The notes under the pieces are model-generated. The model was not told the origin of the DNA. It was given only the letters and a program-made list of their open reading frames with translations, and ran no database searches. The position numbers and the translations under genes are program-made. This document shows, one piece after another, positions 63,004 through 64,000 of a stretch of DNA of 64,000 bases. The stretch's first letter is position 1, and each line of letters opens with the position of its first letter. Source of the DNA: Balanoglossus misakiensis (lineage: Eukaryota; Animalia; Hemichordata); contig CM082580.2 in the NCBI GenBank assembly GCA_040954595.2, positions 6,083,519-6,147,518 on the forward strand, written 5' to 3'.

Positions 63004-64000
63004 GATTTGTACTCTTTGAGACACCAGTAATTATGATCAACTCAGTTTCCCCCCTGTGTGACAAGAAAAGACGCAGAGTGAATTAGTAGTGTGAGAAAAT
63101 GAACAAAAAATGTAAAGAATGCTTGTCCAAAACAGACTACTGGCTATGGTCCAAATAATAGTACATGTTTTATACATATCATAATTGATATAAATAAAAA
63201 TGTACAGAGATAAAAAAAATGCAGTGATGAAAAATTAATACATACAGGCAAAACAGGTCTTCACACAACTGACTGAATGTTCCTCTTTCAGTGTCATCAA
63301 CATAACTGACACATACCTTGTGACAGACGATCGATTAACGAATAATAGATTGAGAACAGAAAAAGACCAATGAAATGAAGAAAAAATTAACGCAATGTCA
63401 GATTATTTGGAAGCATTCAGACCCTTTGTGATGAGTGCTTTGAACTCTTCTAATACTCAGCACCGATAATAGTTTTAATCAGTAGATTTATGTTTTATTC
63501 TGTGCGTAATCTGGGGATAAAGGTCACGGGTGACATAAGAGTTGTCAATTATTTCAAACAAGCAATCATTTTTGTATACCATTGCCATAGTAACATTACA
63601 TCTCATTAATATATTCTCATTAAACCTTTATGATTTGACTATTCTCTTCATTTAATCCGATCAACACATTTTTAACTATTCTAATTCTGCAGAAAATGGA
63701 ATTTATATTACTTGAATCTCATTCTGTAGTGATGTATTATGAATCTGAATAATTTTTTTCTTCACCTACCAAAGGGAAAAAAAGGATTGGTCGATTATAA
63801 AACTGTCAAAGTAGCCTATTCATTTGTTGCGGGTCCGTAGCACTACCACCGTACTGAGGTACATGTTTACGTTATGGAGGGAGTGGTCCCTGGGCTATCT
63901 ACAGACCCACAGAAACCATTGTTTTTTTGACAGAAACCCATCCTCATTCACCAGTCCAATACAGTGGTGTAAACTTTGGGTCCTGTCCTACGTATGTTAT

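Noticed and set aside
1-64000. CRISPR array, tRNA, rRNA, autonomous transposase or prokaryotic operon
   Set aside because: No regularly spaced repeats, cloverleaf or rRNA signatures, or long transposase/RT ORFs were seen; the DNA is spliced eukaryotic sequence.

Overview
Eukaryotic, intron-rich, AT-rich animal genomic DNA with GT-AG introns. The gene and repeat content suggests a marine invertebrate deuterostome such as a hemichordate, but that is inference. Four spliced protein-coding genes were assembled by hand with consistent splice phases. (1) The 5' part of a cordon-bleu (COBL/COBLL1-like) gene on the minus strand, running off the left edge, with up to three candidate alternative first exons. 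(2) YAE1 on the plus strand, 3 coding exons, head-to-head with Cobl. (3) A complete GRB7/10/14-family adaptor (RA-PH-BPS-SH2, 13 coding exons, about 620 aa) on the plus strand. (4) INPP1 on the minus strand, 4 coding exons, about 382 aa, convergent with the Grb gene. Introns hold several MITE families, palindromic mini-insertions and microsatellites. The main points of interest are: a Cobl-Grb10/14 neighbourhood in an apparent invertebrate; an N-terminal Grb helix resembling both the GRB10 N-terminal helix and the RIAM/lamellipodin talin-binding helix; a roughly 15-fold excess of TACATGTA, which is the classic Tc1-type excision footprint; and a 42-bp P-element-like palindrome with a 7-bp target-site duplication. 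No prokaryotic-type system, CRISPR array, rRNA or tRNA was found. Nearly all ORFs in the supplied track are spurious or exon read-through. Comparisons to vertebrate proteins are from memory, not from database searches.
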